Shown here: piece by piece, positions 13,680 through 25,078 of the stretch
Layout: each line of letters starts with the position of its first letter
Position numbering within the stretch: the stretch's first letter is position 1
Source of the DNA: Epiperipatus broadwayi
Taxonomy: Eukaryota; Animalia; Onychophora
NCBI GenBank assembly: GCA_028023455.1
Contig: JAQFVV010000003.1
Location: forward strand, 24,986,001-25,050,000
Direction: 5' to 3'
Length of the DNA: 64,000 bases
Notes under the pieces: generated by a model
What the model was told of the DNA's origin: nothing
What the model saw: the letters and a program-made list of their open reading frames with translations, nothing else
Database searches by the model: none
Translations under genes and position numbers: made by a program

Positions 13680-14700
13680 CTTTCCTTGCAATGTTTTCTG
13701 AACTTTGTAGATTGTTACCATCTTCGACACTATATAATCAATTGATTTGTTGCTGAATTATATAAGCGTTAGAAATGAGGGCTTGAATTTCAATGCAGGA
13801 AGCTTTAACTCTCAAGTTCATCTTTCTACAACTGTATTAAACTTGCACAAGACACCTGTGCAAATACTAACAGAGCTTAACATTGCTTAACTTCAATGAT
13901 CGGATGAGAACCATTGTCCTTAAACTAGTATAATTGTAGACTTTGAAGTTTAATCTCCAGATATATAGGTTTTGGCATAATTCTATGTCAATAACCCTTT
14001 ATTCATAATATTTTTGGTTGTACACAGTCAAAATACCAGAAAAGTATGTTTGACATATACACTTGTAATTTTCAATTAGTCAACTTTCCAAGTAGAACAG
14101 ATTTCATATTACTTTTAAAGATCAGCCATTCCATTTTAATTTTCAATTAAAATCTATATACTGCAAAACAATGAATAAATTTCTAGTTTTAGTGACTTTG
14201 TGATTATGTATTTTTCTGGATTCTAGATCATGCCCACCTCTCTCATGGTAAGATTAAGATCCATTATTTTAGCTTTCATTTCGTTAATTTTAAGACCAGT
14301 TTGCGGCACCAATTCTGCTATGCAATTAACATCTTAACATGTCTTCAAAACTTCCAGCAAGTAGAAATATGTCCACACAATTCAAGACTTTTAAGCACTT
14401 ATTATTTAGACTTTTCATAGACATACAAAGATGAAATTATAATAACGTACCTCATGACTTGACTCAATTACAACAACGTTAATTATTGAATCTTCTGCTC
14501 TCATCATTCTACTTATCTATGCAGGCTCCACACATAAAGTATTAAAATGCACATCAGAAACAAAAAACAAAGTTAAACCTTTCTTTATCTATATCTTTGT
14601 TTTAATTTTAAAAACATTTGTTTTCCTCCTAAACTTTCTACAAATTCTATCAATTTCATCTATATTTTACTGAGTATAACACCAAATTTGATATAATGAT
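13680..14700 (-). mobile_element. Highly decayed non-LTR retrotransposon RT fragment
   Basis: Minus-strand fragments VD-IFLLAGSFEDM (YADD region) and QTGLKINEMKAKIM (GLKIN..K motif) near 14270-14390; many stops. Boundaries are approximate. Confidence 0.45.
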
Positions 14701-15282
14701 TTCTCTTCCTCTTTGCATACAAATAGTAATTTTCTTCAAATAAATAACAGTATAAGAGAACTAAAAGTTGAGAATTACTGAGAGTGAGTAATGAAAAAAA
14801 AAATCATGTTAAATGTATATTACATTCTGAAAGATGTTGGAACCATTATGCTAATGCAAACAATACTATTATTGAAGTTGTTATTTATTACTATTATATT
14901 GGTTGAAATCAGAAATAAACTCATATTAAAAGACAAATGTTTACCACAATATATTTCATGCTGAACTAGTTAGTCCAAGATAATAATCTCTTACGGAGCC
15001 ATCATTTTTGTTCACTATTTATCAATATTAATTTATTATAATTTGATTTACAGGTATCAAACTTTCTAGACTCCCAATTTTGATATCAATCACTTCAGAA
15101 GAAAGATATGTAAATACAAGAGAATTAAAGTTGAAATGTGTACCCTTGTTGTATTTTTATATTGGATTATTTCTATCATCTAATATATGTATTGAATGTC
15201 TTAAGAAAAATTTAATTTTATTTAAATATTCCAAATACATTCAACTGTTAGTAATAGCACATCAAACAGGTTAGTATATGTA

Positions 15283-15320
15283 TATTTCAAGAGGTATTAG
15301 TTTTCCCACTTCTTCAGATG
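15283..15320 (-). ncRNA. Family-A hammerhead relic
   Basis: Minus strand reads cat-CTGAAGA-A-GTGGG...CCTCTT-GAAAT; stem II and stem III are decayed. Confidence 0.5.
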
Positions 15321-15468
15321 TTGCTGGCCTGACCAGTGACAGTACTAGCATGGGATTTGAACCTGGGTCCTTAGATTCTTGGATTTTTGAATTTTAAGGT
15401 AATGCTCTGGAGAAATCAAAAGGAACCTCATAGATAAATATATGAAATTACTACAGACTGTTGCCTTT

Positions 15469-15556
15469 GTCAGGATGGCTCAGTTGGTTAGAGCGTTATC
15501 CTAAAATTAAAAAATCCAAGAATCTAAGGACCCAGGTTCAAATCCCATGCTAGTAC
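15469..15556 (+). promoter_or_regulatory. tRNA-derived internal Pol III promoter within the PLE pseudo-LTR
   Basis: Begins GTCAGGATGGC (as many eukaryotic tRNA-Leu do). A-box TGGCTCAGTTGG at 15476-15487, B-box GGTTCAAATCC at 15535-15545. No clean cloverleaf. First T5 run at 15678-15682. Confidence 0.65.
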
Positions 15557-15577
15557 TGTCACTGGTCAGGCTAGCAA

Positions 15578-15618
15578 CACCTGAAGAAGAGGAGAGACTA
15601 TACCTCAAAACATTGTGC
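15578..15618 (+). ncRNA. Family-A hammerhead relic (G12 to A)
   Basis: cac-CTGAAGA-A-GAGG agagactata CCTC-AAAAC-ATT-GTG. Confidence 0.6.
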
Positions 15619-15958
15619 ATATACTAACTTGTTTGATGTGCTATTACTAACAGGTGAATGTATTTGGAATATTTAAATAAAGTTAAATTTTTCTAAAGAC
15701 ATTCAGTACATATATTAGATTATGGAAATAGTCCAATATAAAAATACATCTAGAACACCATCATCACAAACCTTCAGAAAAAAACTAAGTGTACTCTTGT
15801 GTTTATGTTTAATTTTTAAAAAAAACATAAATCTTTAAATGAAAGTTAATGTTTACATTCAATTTAGAAAAGATAATGTCTAGCCTAATAAATGATTAGT
15901 AATTATTATTAATATCTTTATCTGAAATATATAGTGTTAAAGTTGTGAGTATAGAAAG

Positions 15959-16373
15959 TGTTGTATTCGTTGTAAGAAATAAACAGCGAGTTTACTAGAG
16001 ACAATTTACTCCAGAAGTTTTCGATTTATTTTATTGAAAGTAAAAATAATTATAATGGAAAATAATTATAATTAAAAACAAGTGTGGGATTATTTTTATC
16101 TCTAATTAAAGTAAGAACAATAAAACGGATTTGGAAAACACGCGATTAAGTTTTCGGAATGTAGCAGATAAGACTTAACAAAAGAACTCAGAGGGATATA
16201 TAAACTGCTAGAGAAAAACATCACGCACTTGTTACAGTCTTGTTAACAGAAGTGGATACGTAAAGCTATTAAGAGCTATTTGCGGCACAACGGTTTTAAG
16301 AGTTGTTCAGCCGAGTTCGATCGGATTGTGTTTTTCTACCTCTCTGGAAAAGCTTAGGGGCGAAGACATTACA
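15959..16373 (+). mobile_element. Solo LTR, 415 bp, 5-bp TSD
   Basis: TGT...ACA termini. GAAAG at 15954-15958 and 16374-16378. Internal tatataaa near 16197 and CpG retention unusual for this window. Orientation is inferred from the TATA. Confidence 0.75.
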
Positions 16374-16449
16374 GAAAGTTTGGCGATTATAAATCAAATT
16401 GTAATAATATGCATATATTATATAAAGTTTTTGATGCTATTTACTGTGT

Positions 16450-17830
16450 TCTTTTATTTAAGTTGTGTGATTATATGTTGAGCTATTTCTATCATCTCAA
16501 ATTAATTGTTAAATGTCTTTTAAAAAACTCAAACTCTATTTAAATTTTTCAAATACATTCAACTGATAGTAATAGTATAAAACTTTAGATAAAATTAGGT
16601 AATATTTTAAAAATAATACTGTATAATTTTTATTGTTTGTCTGAAGGTTTGTGATGATGGCATTTAAGTAATAATTATATATCAGATGATTTCCATTTTC
16701 TAATATTAATTAAATGTCTTTAGAAAAATTAAGACTTAATTTGAACATACCAAATACATTCAAACTGCTAATAATAGCACACAGGTTACTATATAATGTG
16801 CCTGAATAGCTACAAAACTAACATGAGAATCATAGGCAACAGGCAGTCGAAATTTCATAATTTATCTATGAGGGTCCTCCTGATTTTTCCATTTTTTCAT
16901 AAAAGCAAGGTTAATTAGTGTCCTTCAGACATTATGTATGGTCACCCTAGGATTTATGGGATTATTTGCCATTTTTGCCTGTTTTAATTTTCTTATTTAT
17001 ATTTTTTCTTGTCTATCCAATATACATATATTCATTGGCATATACATTGTCTGCTACTTTAGATATGTCAGTTTTCTCTTTTTTAAACAACAAATTGTGC
17101 TCTTTCAATCACTTTTCAATGGAGTGACTGGTCTCACCAATATACATCTGTTCATATTCACATGGTATTTCATAGATGTAGTTTTTATTTTTCAGTATTT
17201 CAAGTTTAGGTTTTATAAATGTTAGGGGTTTTTTTTTTTTTTTTTGTAATGTAATATAGCTTTGGAGAGCTAGTCTGATGTTGTATTGATTGCAGATTTC
17301 CTTTAATTAATCTGCTATTCCTGGTATATTTGGATACACGATAATATCAATAAGTTTTTTTCTTGTGATGCTTGTTTTGTTGTCTATTTAAGATTTTCTT
17401 AATGACAGCTGATGGATACCCATGCTTCAAGATAGTTTGTTTTATATAAGTATATTCTTTTTTCAAATCACTGGTTTCTGAACAAAACTTCTTTTGCTTT
17501 GTTTCATGATGATAATATAATTCCATGTTTTGTGTTTGTGATGTGTCTGAATGCATATACTAAGTGTTTTCTTGTGTGAAAGTTTGGATTTTACTATGAG
17601 AGAGTGTTATCACAAGAGGATCTAAGAATGCCAATTTTTGTTCTGGTTTCTGATTCTATTTTGAACTTAATTGTAGGGGATATGTTACTGATGTGTGTCC
17701 AAAATGTTTGTAATAGTGCTATACTATGTGGCCATACAACAAAGGTACCATCAATATAGAAAAGGCAAAGTTTAGATAGATGCCATCATTATGAATCTTC
17801 AGACAAACATTTGCATCAATCTTTTACCAG
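16450..17830 (-). mobile_element. Decayed PLE family-A copy with tandem pLTR tail fragments
   Basis: Reverse complement of 17100-17800 is collinear with 830-1700. 16640-16890 and 16480-16580 match the pLTR tail. The tRNA/hammerhead segment is replaced or deleted in this copy. Confidence 0.8.
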
Positions 17831-18016
17831 TCAGGTTTAAATCCTGGTAAAGGCTTAAAACATTTTCCCAATAATTGAAAATTTTCAAGGTAGGCATAAA
17901 ATTATTTTAAATAATCATTCCATAACTAATCCATGTAGTAAATAATACAACATAATTGATAAATAGATAACTAACTGTTCTGAAACCATAATTATTCAGA
18001 TGAGTGTCAATACATT

Positions 18017-18056
18017 TTTTTTTTTTTTTACAATCGTTTTTTTTTTTTTACAAATA
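18017..18056 (-). mobile_element. Tiny poly(A)-type retro-insertion with a 14-bp TSD
   Basis: agtgtcaatacatt at 18003-18016 and 18057-18070 flanks two poly(T) runs (Tn-acaatcg-Tn-acaaata). Confidence 0.6.
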
Positions 18057-19667
18057 AGTGTCAATACATTGATCACAAAAAAGACATTATTAGAATGTGA
18101 TTTAACTGTCACTATCAATGAGGACTTGTGAAACTACCTTTATGGTTTCCTTTATCTTAATAATGAATGATTTTCATCAGAACAAAAATTTAAAAATACT
18201 TATTAATTAAACCTATATAATACATTTTTTGTTGCAAATCTCATTCTTTAAAAGATAGCTGTCAAAACAATAACAACAACAATATATTAGATTGCTAAAT
18301 GTACTACAGAAAATAATATAATTAATTTATAATATTTGTGCATGCTCAAATTGCACTTTAATAAATTCTCTTGAATTTTCTGTTCACATCTAAGTCTATA
18401 TTACTATTAAACTATGTCTTTTTTTCCATTTTTTTGTTATTTCTATTCATAGCAAAGTCTCCCTACATTCTTAAAGCTGAAAATATGACCATAAAGTTTT
18501 TTCATGCTACAAAACACAAATGACACTTTGGCTTGATTATGCAATACACTTACTCTTTTATTTTCCTACTTATTTTAAATTGGTAAATAGCTATTCTTAT
18601 ATAGAGGAAAACGACTCTGTAATTTCAAATTAATCGAGTAAAGATATTCTTTCTTAGAACAAAAAAAAAAGATTAAAAAGAAGAAGCACTAGCTTCCAAC
18701 AAGCAAAAAGCAATAATAAATTAAAACAATCGACTTAATTTTTATTCAAACACTCTTAACAATTTCTGTAAAAATGCTACGGAATACAAAAATTAATATA
18801 TTTTACTTTTAAACCTGTAAGTAACAAGACGCATCTTAGCCCTATTATCTACTGCTGATTTAAGAAATGGTTCATATAAACTATAAAACAATCTGTTTAT
18901 TTAATAAATACAAATTTGATAAAAAGTATTTCTTTAAAATAAATAAGATGAAAAATGAAACTAATATTTAGCCTGAATTCAGAGTTCACTCATTTAGCTA
19001 ATAAAATTTTTATCATTTTGCATATTTCAAACAAAGATACATCTGGAACAGAAATTCCTTTCCTATGAAATATTAGTCACTAAAAAATGATGGGAATACA
19101 TTTATACAAATAATTTGGTAGATTTAAACATAAAATGTATTTGCATCCAAATTATACTCAAATGTAATAAAGAGTTCTTTATAATATATTAACATGGTTT
19201 GATTTAATTAAAAAAAATAAACATCTTAGTAATAAACTCCTAAGTTTATCAACAAATTAAAATATGTTTAATATATAAATTCAAGCTGTCTCATAAGTAA
19301 TAATATATTTAAAAAATCAGCAAAACAATACTTGCTTGCATTATAATGATATCACATCTATCTGTAGTAGATTGTGGTGTGGGTTTGAATCTGGGTCAGA
19401 TTTTTTTTTTATAGAAGATGAACAACTAATATATTAGTCAGTAAATAGAAATATAGCTATTTTTATCATAAGAAGCAAAAATGCTCAAACCATCACTATC
19501 TGGCAATATGAAAACTAATAATTCCTTCTCTTTTCCTCTATGGAAGGCTATTGGAAAGGTCTTTGCCCTGAAGAGATCTATTTAAAGGTTATCTTTAATC
19601 TACAGTCATGCAATTCATTGCTTAAAAAAACTTAGATTTAATTATGCATTCTATAAAAACACTTTAT

Positions 19668-20528
19668 GTAAATAAGCATTTATTTTATATAGCGTATGTT
19701 TACAATTGTATACATTTATATAAGCATTTGAGTCGTAGGAATAAGAGGATTCCTTTTATTCCTGCATAAATACTATATCCTGTATTGGTGAGAAAGTATT
19801 CATTTATTATTAACACTCGCAAAGCGTATGCACAATTAGCTTAAAAGGCTGATATTTGAATGCATACAATTGTAAACATATGCTATATAAAATAAATGCT
19901 TATTTACAAATGATTAAGTTTCAGTTGGAATGACGTTTAGTAAATTCTAGACAATTTCACCCACGTCATTCATTCAGACATCGTATATAGTAATTTAAAG
20001 TGACGGTTCCATCCTCACACTTTACTTGCCAGTACTTCAGATTTGCTCATATATAAGCATTTGAGTCGTAGGAATAAGAGGATTTCTTTTATTCCTGCAT
20101 AAATACTATATCTTGTATTGGTGAGAAAGTATTCATTTATTATTAACACTCGCACAGCGTATGCAAAATTAGCTTAAAAGGCTGATATTTGAATGCATAC
20201 AATTGTAAACATATGCTATATAAAATAAATGCTTATTTACAAATGATTAAGTTTCAGTTGGAATGACGTTTAGTAAATTCTAGACAATTTCACCCACGTC
20301 ATTCATTCAGACATCGTATATAGTAATTTAAAGTGACGGTTCCATCCTCACGCTTTACTTGCCAGTACTTCAGATTTGCTCATATATAAGCAATTGAGTC
20401 GTAGGAATAAGAGGATTTCTTTTATTCCTGCATAAATACTATATCTTGTATTGATGAGAAAGTATTCATTTATTATTAACATTCGCACAGCGTATGCAAA
20501 ATTAGCTTAAAAGGCTGATATTTGAATG
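19668..20528 (+). repeat. About 2.4 near-identical tandem copies of a 333-bp unit preceded by a 49-bp inverted arm, flanked by a 16-bp TSD
   Basis: Unit starts at 19721, 20054 and 20387. 19668-19716 is the reverse complement of an internal unit segment (about 19859-19907). tataaaaacactttat at 19652-19667 and 20529-20544. Confidence 0.9.
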
Positions 20529-22823
20529 TATAAAAACACTTTATATGTTTGTAATGAATATCATTTACCTATCACTCATTTTTGTTCTACTTTAAGTATT
20601 CCTATTTTATGCAGTTTTTTTCTAACCCAAATTAATAGGTTATATATACATATATGCTTATTAATAAAGAACTGCATTGGTCATTCCAATTGGACATTTT
20701 CTCATCACACAATAGAAGTCTGTTAAATATTTATTGTTATACATATAAAATGACAAAAATACATACATGGGATCAGGTGCTGATCTCTCTATCAACATGG
20801 CCCAAAGAGAAGACAGAAGAAAAAATTTTAAACCTGAGAGTTTACTCATTAAGACTAATAAGTAGTGTCTGGTTAAGTATATAAAATATCAGATTGTAGA
20901 AAAAATATTTATGACATGTCTTTTCTGTCTTCTTTCTTTACTTTTTCCTTTTTTTTATTTTGGTTAATGGCCTTCATTCAATAAGATTAATAAAGGATCT
21001 GGTCATTATGAACCTCTTATATCATCTCTTTGAATTAATTGTGTCATTAAAGCTGTGTGGCTATACAAACAACTTTTAATTTGCACTGTTTTCTCATAGA
21101 ATTTCTGAAGGGATTATCATACAATTGATTCAGATTCTTTAAAACTTCACTACAAATTTTATGAATCATCTCCATGTTATTGATTTATTTCATGAATATA
21201 ATAAATACATTTTTCAGCTCTTTGACTTCAATTTTACATTAATCAAAACAACACACAATTTTGACAGCATTTTTCAATATCTATATTAGGAGCAGTGCTC
21301 TCTGTTAGCGAACTCATGAGCTAAACACTTCTAAATTGATTCTCAGTTGAATAAAATAAAAATAAAAACAAATAATTTCAATTTGGTCATTGGAACAAAC
21401 TGTTGTTCTCAACTTTCTATTGTATTGCTCAAATGTCATAAAATTCCAAATAATCTAAGCATAGATTACATTATGAATAATAAGTAATCATGGATGAGGA
21501 TTTAGTTGGCACTACTGAGTAATATCCATTGATTACTCAAGCTTGCAATTGATGGTTCTAGAGTGAATAGACTGGATCACTGCTCCTAATACAAAATGAC
21601 TTTCATTTTATAGTAAAATTGTTTGAACTCATTTTTTCTTATTCACATATGCCATAGTTTGTAAAAATATACATTAATTCTGTGATTATAAATGTATATT
21701 ACATTATAAATATAAAATTTGTCTTTTTATGAATATTTAAATGGATATTTACATGTATGTGCATACCAACCTTATACAGACATTAATATTCCATCTCTAT
21801 TTTCCTACTCTCAAGGCTTTTTATAACATTGTAATTTTTTTAATTTTTAGAATAGTTGTCCTTTACATATATTTTCTCTTAAACTATTTATAGTTTAATT
21901 TAAAATCATTTTAATAATCTCTCTTCCCTCTAATAATATTTCCTTACATTTACACCCCCCTCTTTTAATACCTATTATAGCTTCCTCTTAAATCCACTTG
22001 ATATCACTTTTGATTGAATACTAATAATCTATCTCTACATATTTTTTTGTCTTCTCACTTATATCATTCAAAGTTTATTCTAAAATTCCAATAATTCTTC
22101 TACCTCTAATAATTACCTTCTTTCAATTGACTCTATCTTTCCATTACATCTCTTATGGTTATCTCTAAAACATCCTTCACAATCTCTACATGTATAATTA
22201 ATTCTTTTATTCATTTTTTTCTATTATTGGTTGAATTAATTAATTTATGAATACCCCATGCTTTTATTTTAAGTTACATATAATAACCAAAACTGTGGTC
22301 CAAGAAAAAAATATTTTTTTTTACTTTTTAATCCATTAATCCTCAAATTAAATAAAAGCATTTTTTTAAAAAAAAAATTATTATATATTTTGTAAATTCA
22401 CAACATGTTTATTATTATTACTACTACTATCATCATTATACACATAAAACTAATTTTTGCATTTATTCAATCCTTTTTACTATTTATGTTTTTAAATAAA
22501 TACATTAATGGTAAAATATTAAAATCCTTAATTGCTTATGTACATTAATGACAATATATTAAAAAGCAAAGAACTACATTATTGTGCTATAATAACAATA
22601 TGGACATTACACATGTGAGAATGTATCCATGTTAATCATAAATTTGATCATCACGCCAATTGGGAGAGGGGGGTATCAATCAATAAAACAAATACTTTAT
22701 CTTTGTGTATAAATAATTTTATTTGTATTTAGATAATTTCAAAGATGTAATATAAAAGATGTGATATCTGTATTACAAAAATGCATGTTATAAAAACATT
22801 AAAATAATATATTCTTATTTATA

Positions 22824-22856
22824 GCCCTGAAGAAGATTGCTGGCCAGGTGAAACAG
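22824..22856 (+). ncRNA. Isolated family-C-like hammerhead relic
   Basis: CTGAAGA-A-GATTGCTGG...GAAAC matches the 48.0-48.4 kb motif, but the stem II 3' strand and the NUH site are lost. Confidence 0.4.
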
Positions 22857-23477
22857 AGAAAGAGACAAACACCAATAAAAAGCACTAAAAACAAAAATAT
22901 AAAACTGGTCATCATAAAACAATTTAATATTTATAAATATATAAAGAATAGGCATGAAATTTTTTATCAGGCTAAAGGAAATGGACTTTTATCATTATCA
23001 TCATTTTCAATACAGTGGAGCTGAGATATAAACTATATGTTGTTCAAAATTCCCCTCTCGCACATCTTACATAACATATGGCTCATGTTTCATTGATAAA
23101 TTATTGATTAGAATATATATTCCTTATTGCACTGCAAGTGTACAATACTTTTCAATGACACACACACACACACATATATATATAACATGAATGCTTTTTA
23201 TATGTATACTATACATATATAAATTAATATTTGAATACAAGTATAGTGTATATATTCAAGCCAGATGTAATTAAAGGGGAGACCTTCAAGTGCCCTTCAG
23301 TCATCCACTCTATTTTATATAATCAATACCCATGACCACATACATGTGAAAAAGATATAGGATCTCGAATATACATATTTTGTGCTGAACCAGCACTCAT
23401 TATATATATATGTATGGGAAATGATCTGGACCAAATGATAGTGCTGATATATTGGAAATCATTTATCTTTTTCACAT

Positions 23478-25078
23478 TGTAACAGTATATATATACACGC
23501 GTTGCAAGGTGTGTGTGTATATATACGAGTTACATAGTTCACTTGTTTTTATTTAAAAAAATATATAAAATTTAAAATATATATATATCAGAATCAATAC
23601 TTGAAAATATAGAAATTAAAATACAGGGAAATTTAGAGATAAGTTAGAAACTAATAATTATAACTTGTTTTTCTTTTATACAATATTATCTGACAAAAAT
23701 ATTCTTTAAGGAAAAAAAGTGTTTTTAATTTAAAAAAATAAAAGGTTTGTGATTAATTAAAATAGTATGTACAAAAAATAATCAGGCTGGGGATTAAAAT
23801 TCCAGACTGATTAGTTGAACAATTTCTAATCTCTGTAATTAAAATTCGAAACAGAAATAAAGAAATGTAAATTATAATTAAATTTTTTGAGATAAAATGT
23901 GTTGAAGTTAGAGCAGGGGGGTCAGAATAATATAAAAGGCACACATTCTCTATTGTTTTAGAGAGAGGGAGATAGAATTTTGAATAGAGTGGTTAAGTTT
24001 TGAGTTCAGAGCGTTGTTAAGTTTGAATTAATTAAGTTCATTTCAAGCCAGATTAAAAAGAATGATTGGCTAGAACCGAACATTGTGTTCGGTCATTTTC
24101 TCCGCTATTCTCCCGTGTAACATTTAGCAAAATACCATAACATATTACTCTGACTCACCTTCTGCCAAAGTTTCAACCTGCCCTACTAAATTAAGTGAAA
24201 ATTAGGTAAACCAAGCCACCTGAACAAGGGACCACAAGAAGCTATCTTTCAGTTGGAAATATTAACGCCAGGACCAAGAAACTAACCGGATCCGAGGACA
24301 AAAAAAGGTGATCACCCAACTACAAAAGAAATCCAGGAACTACGATACCTACTCTGGAAATCAAAGACTAATAGAATCACTACAAAGACAATGTTGAAAT
24401 GACAAATAAAGTCCAAAAGCAGCGCTATAAATCCTAGGTAAATATTAATATCAGGATAAAACTTTTAATTCTCACTTGTTAAAATAAGCATGCAAAATTT
24501 ATTAATTATGTAATATTTCTTATGTGTTTAAATTTTAATTATATCTTATTTTTGCGTTTATAATTATTATCATTGTTTTGTTTTTTTAAAATAAATTTTG
24601 TTTAACATTATTGTCGTTTTTTTCCGTCTTTCTCTCTCTCTCTATTCAAAATCAAATGTGCAGCCGGTCTCATGTGAAGAACTAGCCATGGGTCAAGTGC
24701 TTGAAATGTGTTGTTGACATCTCATGGGTTCCAATCTCAATATTGGATGGCGCCCTGGGTTTTAAATCCGTTATAAATTCCCCATGGGATGTTTCAAGTT
24801 TCAGGCAGATGGAGAACTACTTCGGTATGGAGAAACGACTGTTGGTTTAATATTTTATTAAATCACAGTCTGACCGGGGGTATGATTGATATGTAAGTAT
24901 TAATCCTATTTACTCTCCTGCTTGAGTAACAGGTTTTTAAAAATATATTTTGCAAAATAATATGATTTCATAAAATTAAAATAAATAATTAGAAAGTTTT
25001 TTAAAATTACAAGTTCAAGTTGTAAAAGTTGAAAAAAGTCTTAAAAGGTGTAATTAAGCAATTTTAATTCCCGTTACA
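23478..25078 (+). mobile_element. Long solo LTR (1601 bp), probably Ty3/Gypsy-type, 4-bp TSD
   Basis: TGTAACAG...CCGTTACA termini. ACAT at 23474-23477 and 25079-25082. TATAAAA at 23931 and a GC-richer core at about 24060-24880. A 4-bp TSD alone could occur by chance; support comes from its coincidence with the inverted termini. Confidence 0.65.

Larger units (their letters stand above)
15150..15786. mobile_element. Fold-back PLE family-A insertion: inverted pLTR (15150-15408, minus) joined to a 5'-truncated plus copy (15409-15786)
   Basis: About 260-bp inverted arms, 15150-15408 vs 15490-15748. Spacer matches the PLE 3' sequence at 1735-1812. Imperfect direct repeat (12/14) at 15136-15149 and 15787-15800. 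Confidence 0.85.

Noticed and set aside
15469-15556. Functional tRNA-Leu gene
   Set aside because: The anticodon arm and acceptor stem do not pair, and it is embedded in a multi-copy PLE repeat. Treated as a tRNA-derived promoter.
19925-19985. Hammerhead or SECIS in the 333-bp unit (minus strand CTGAATGA...GAAATTGTC; ATGA...AAA hairpin)
   Set aside because: The core has an extra base, stem II and helix I do not pair, and the 3' side of the hairpin is Watson-Crick TCAT rather than the GA quartet of a SECIS.
21780-22260. Purine-biased minus-strand stretch (and similar plus-strand 55800-56200) resembling decayed LINE coding sequence
   Set aside because: Too degenerate to show a diagnostic motif, so not listed as a feature.
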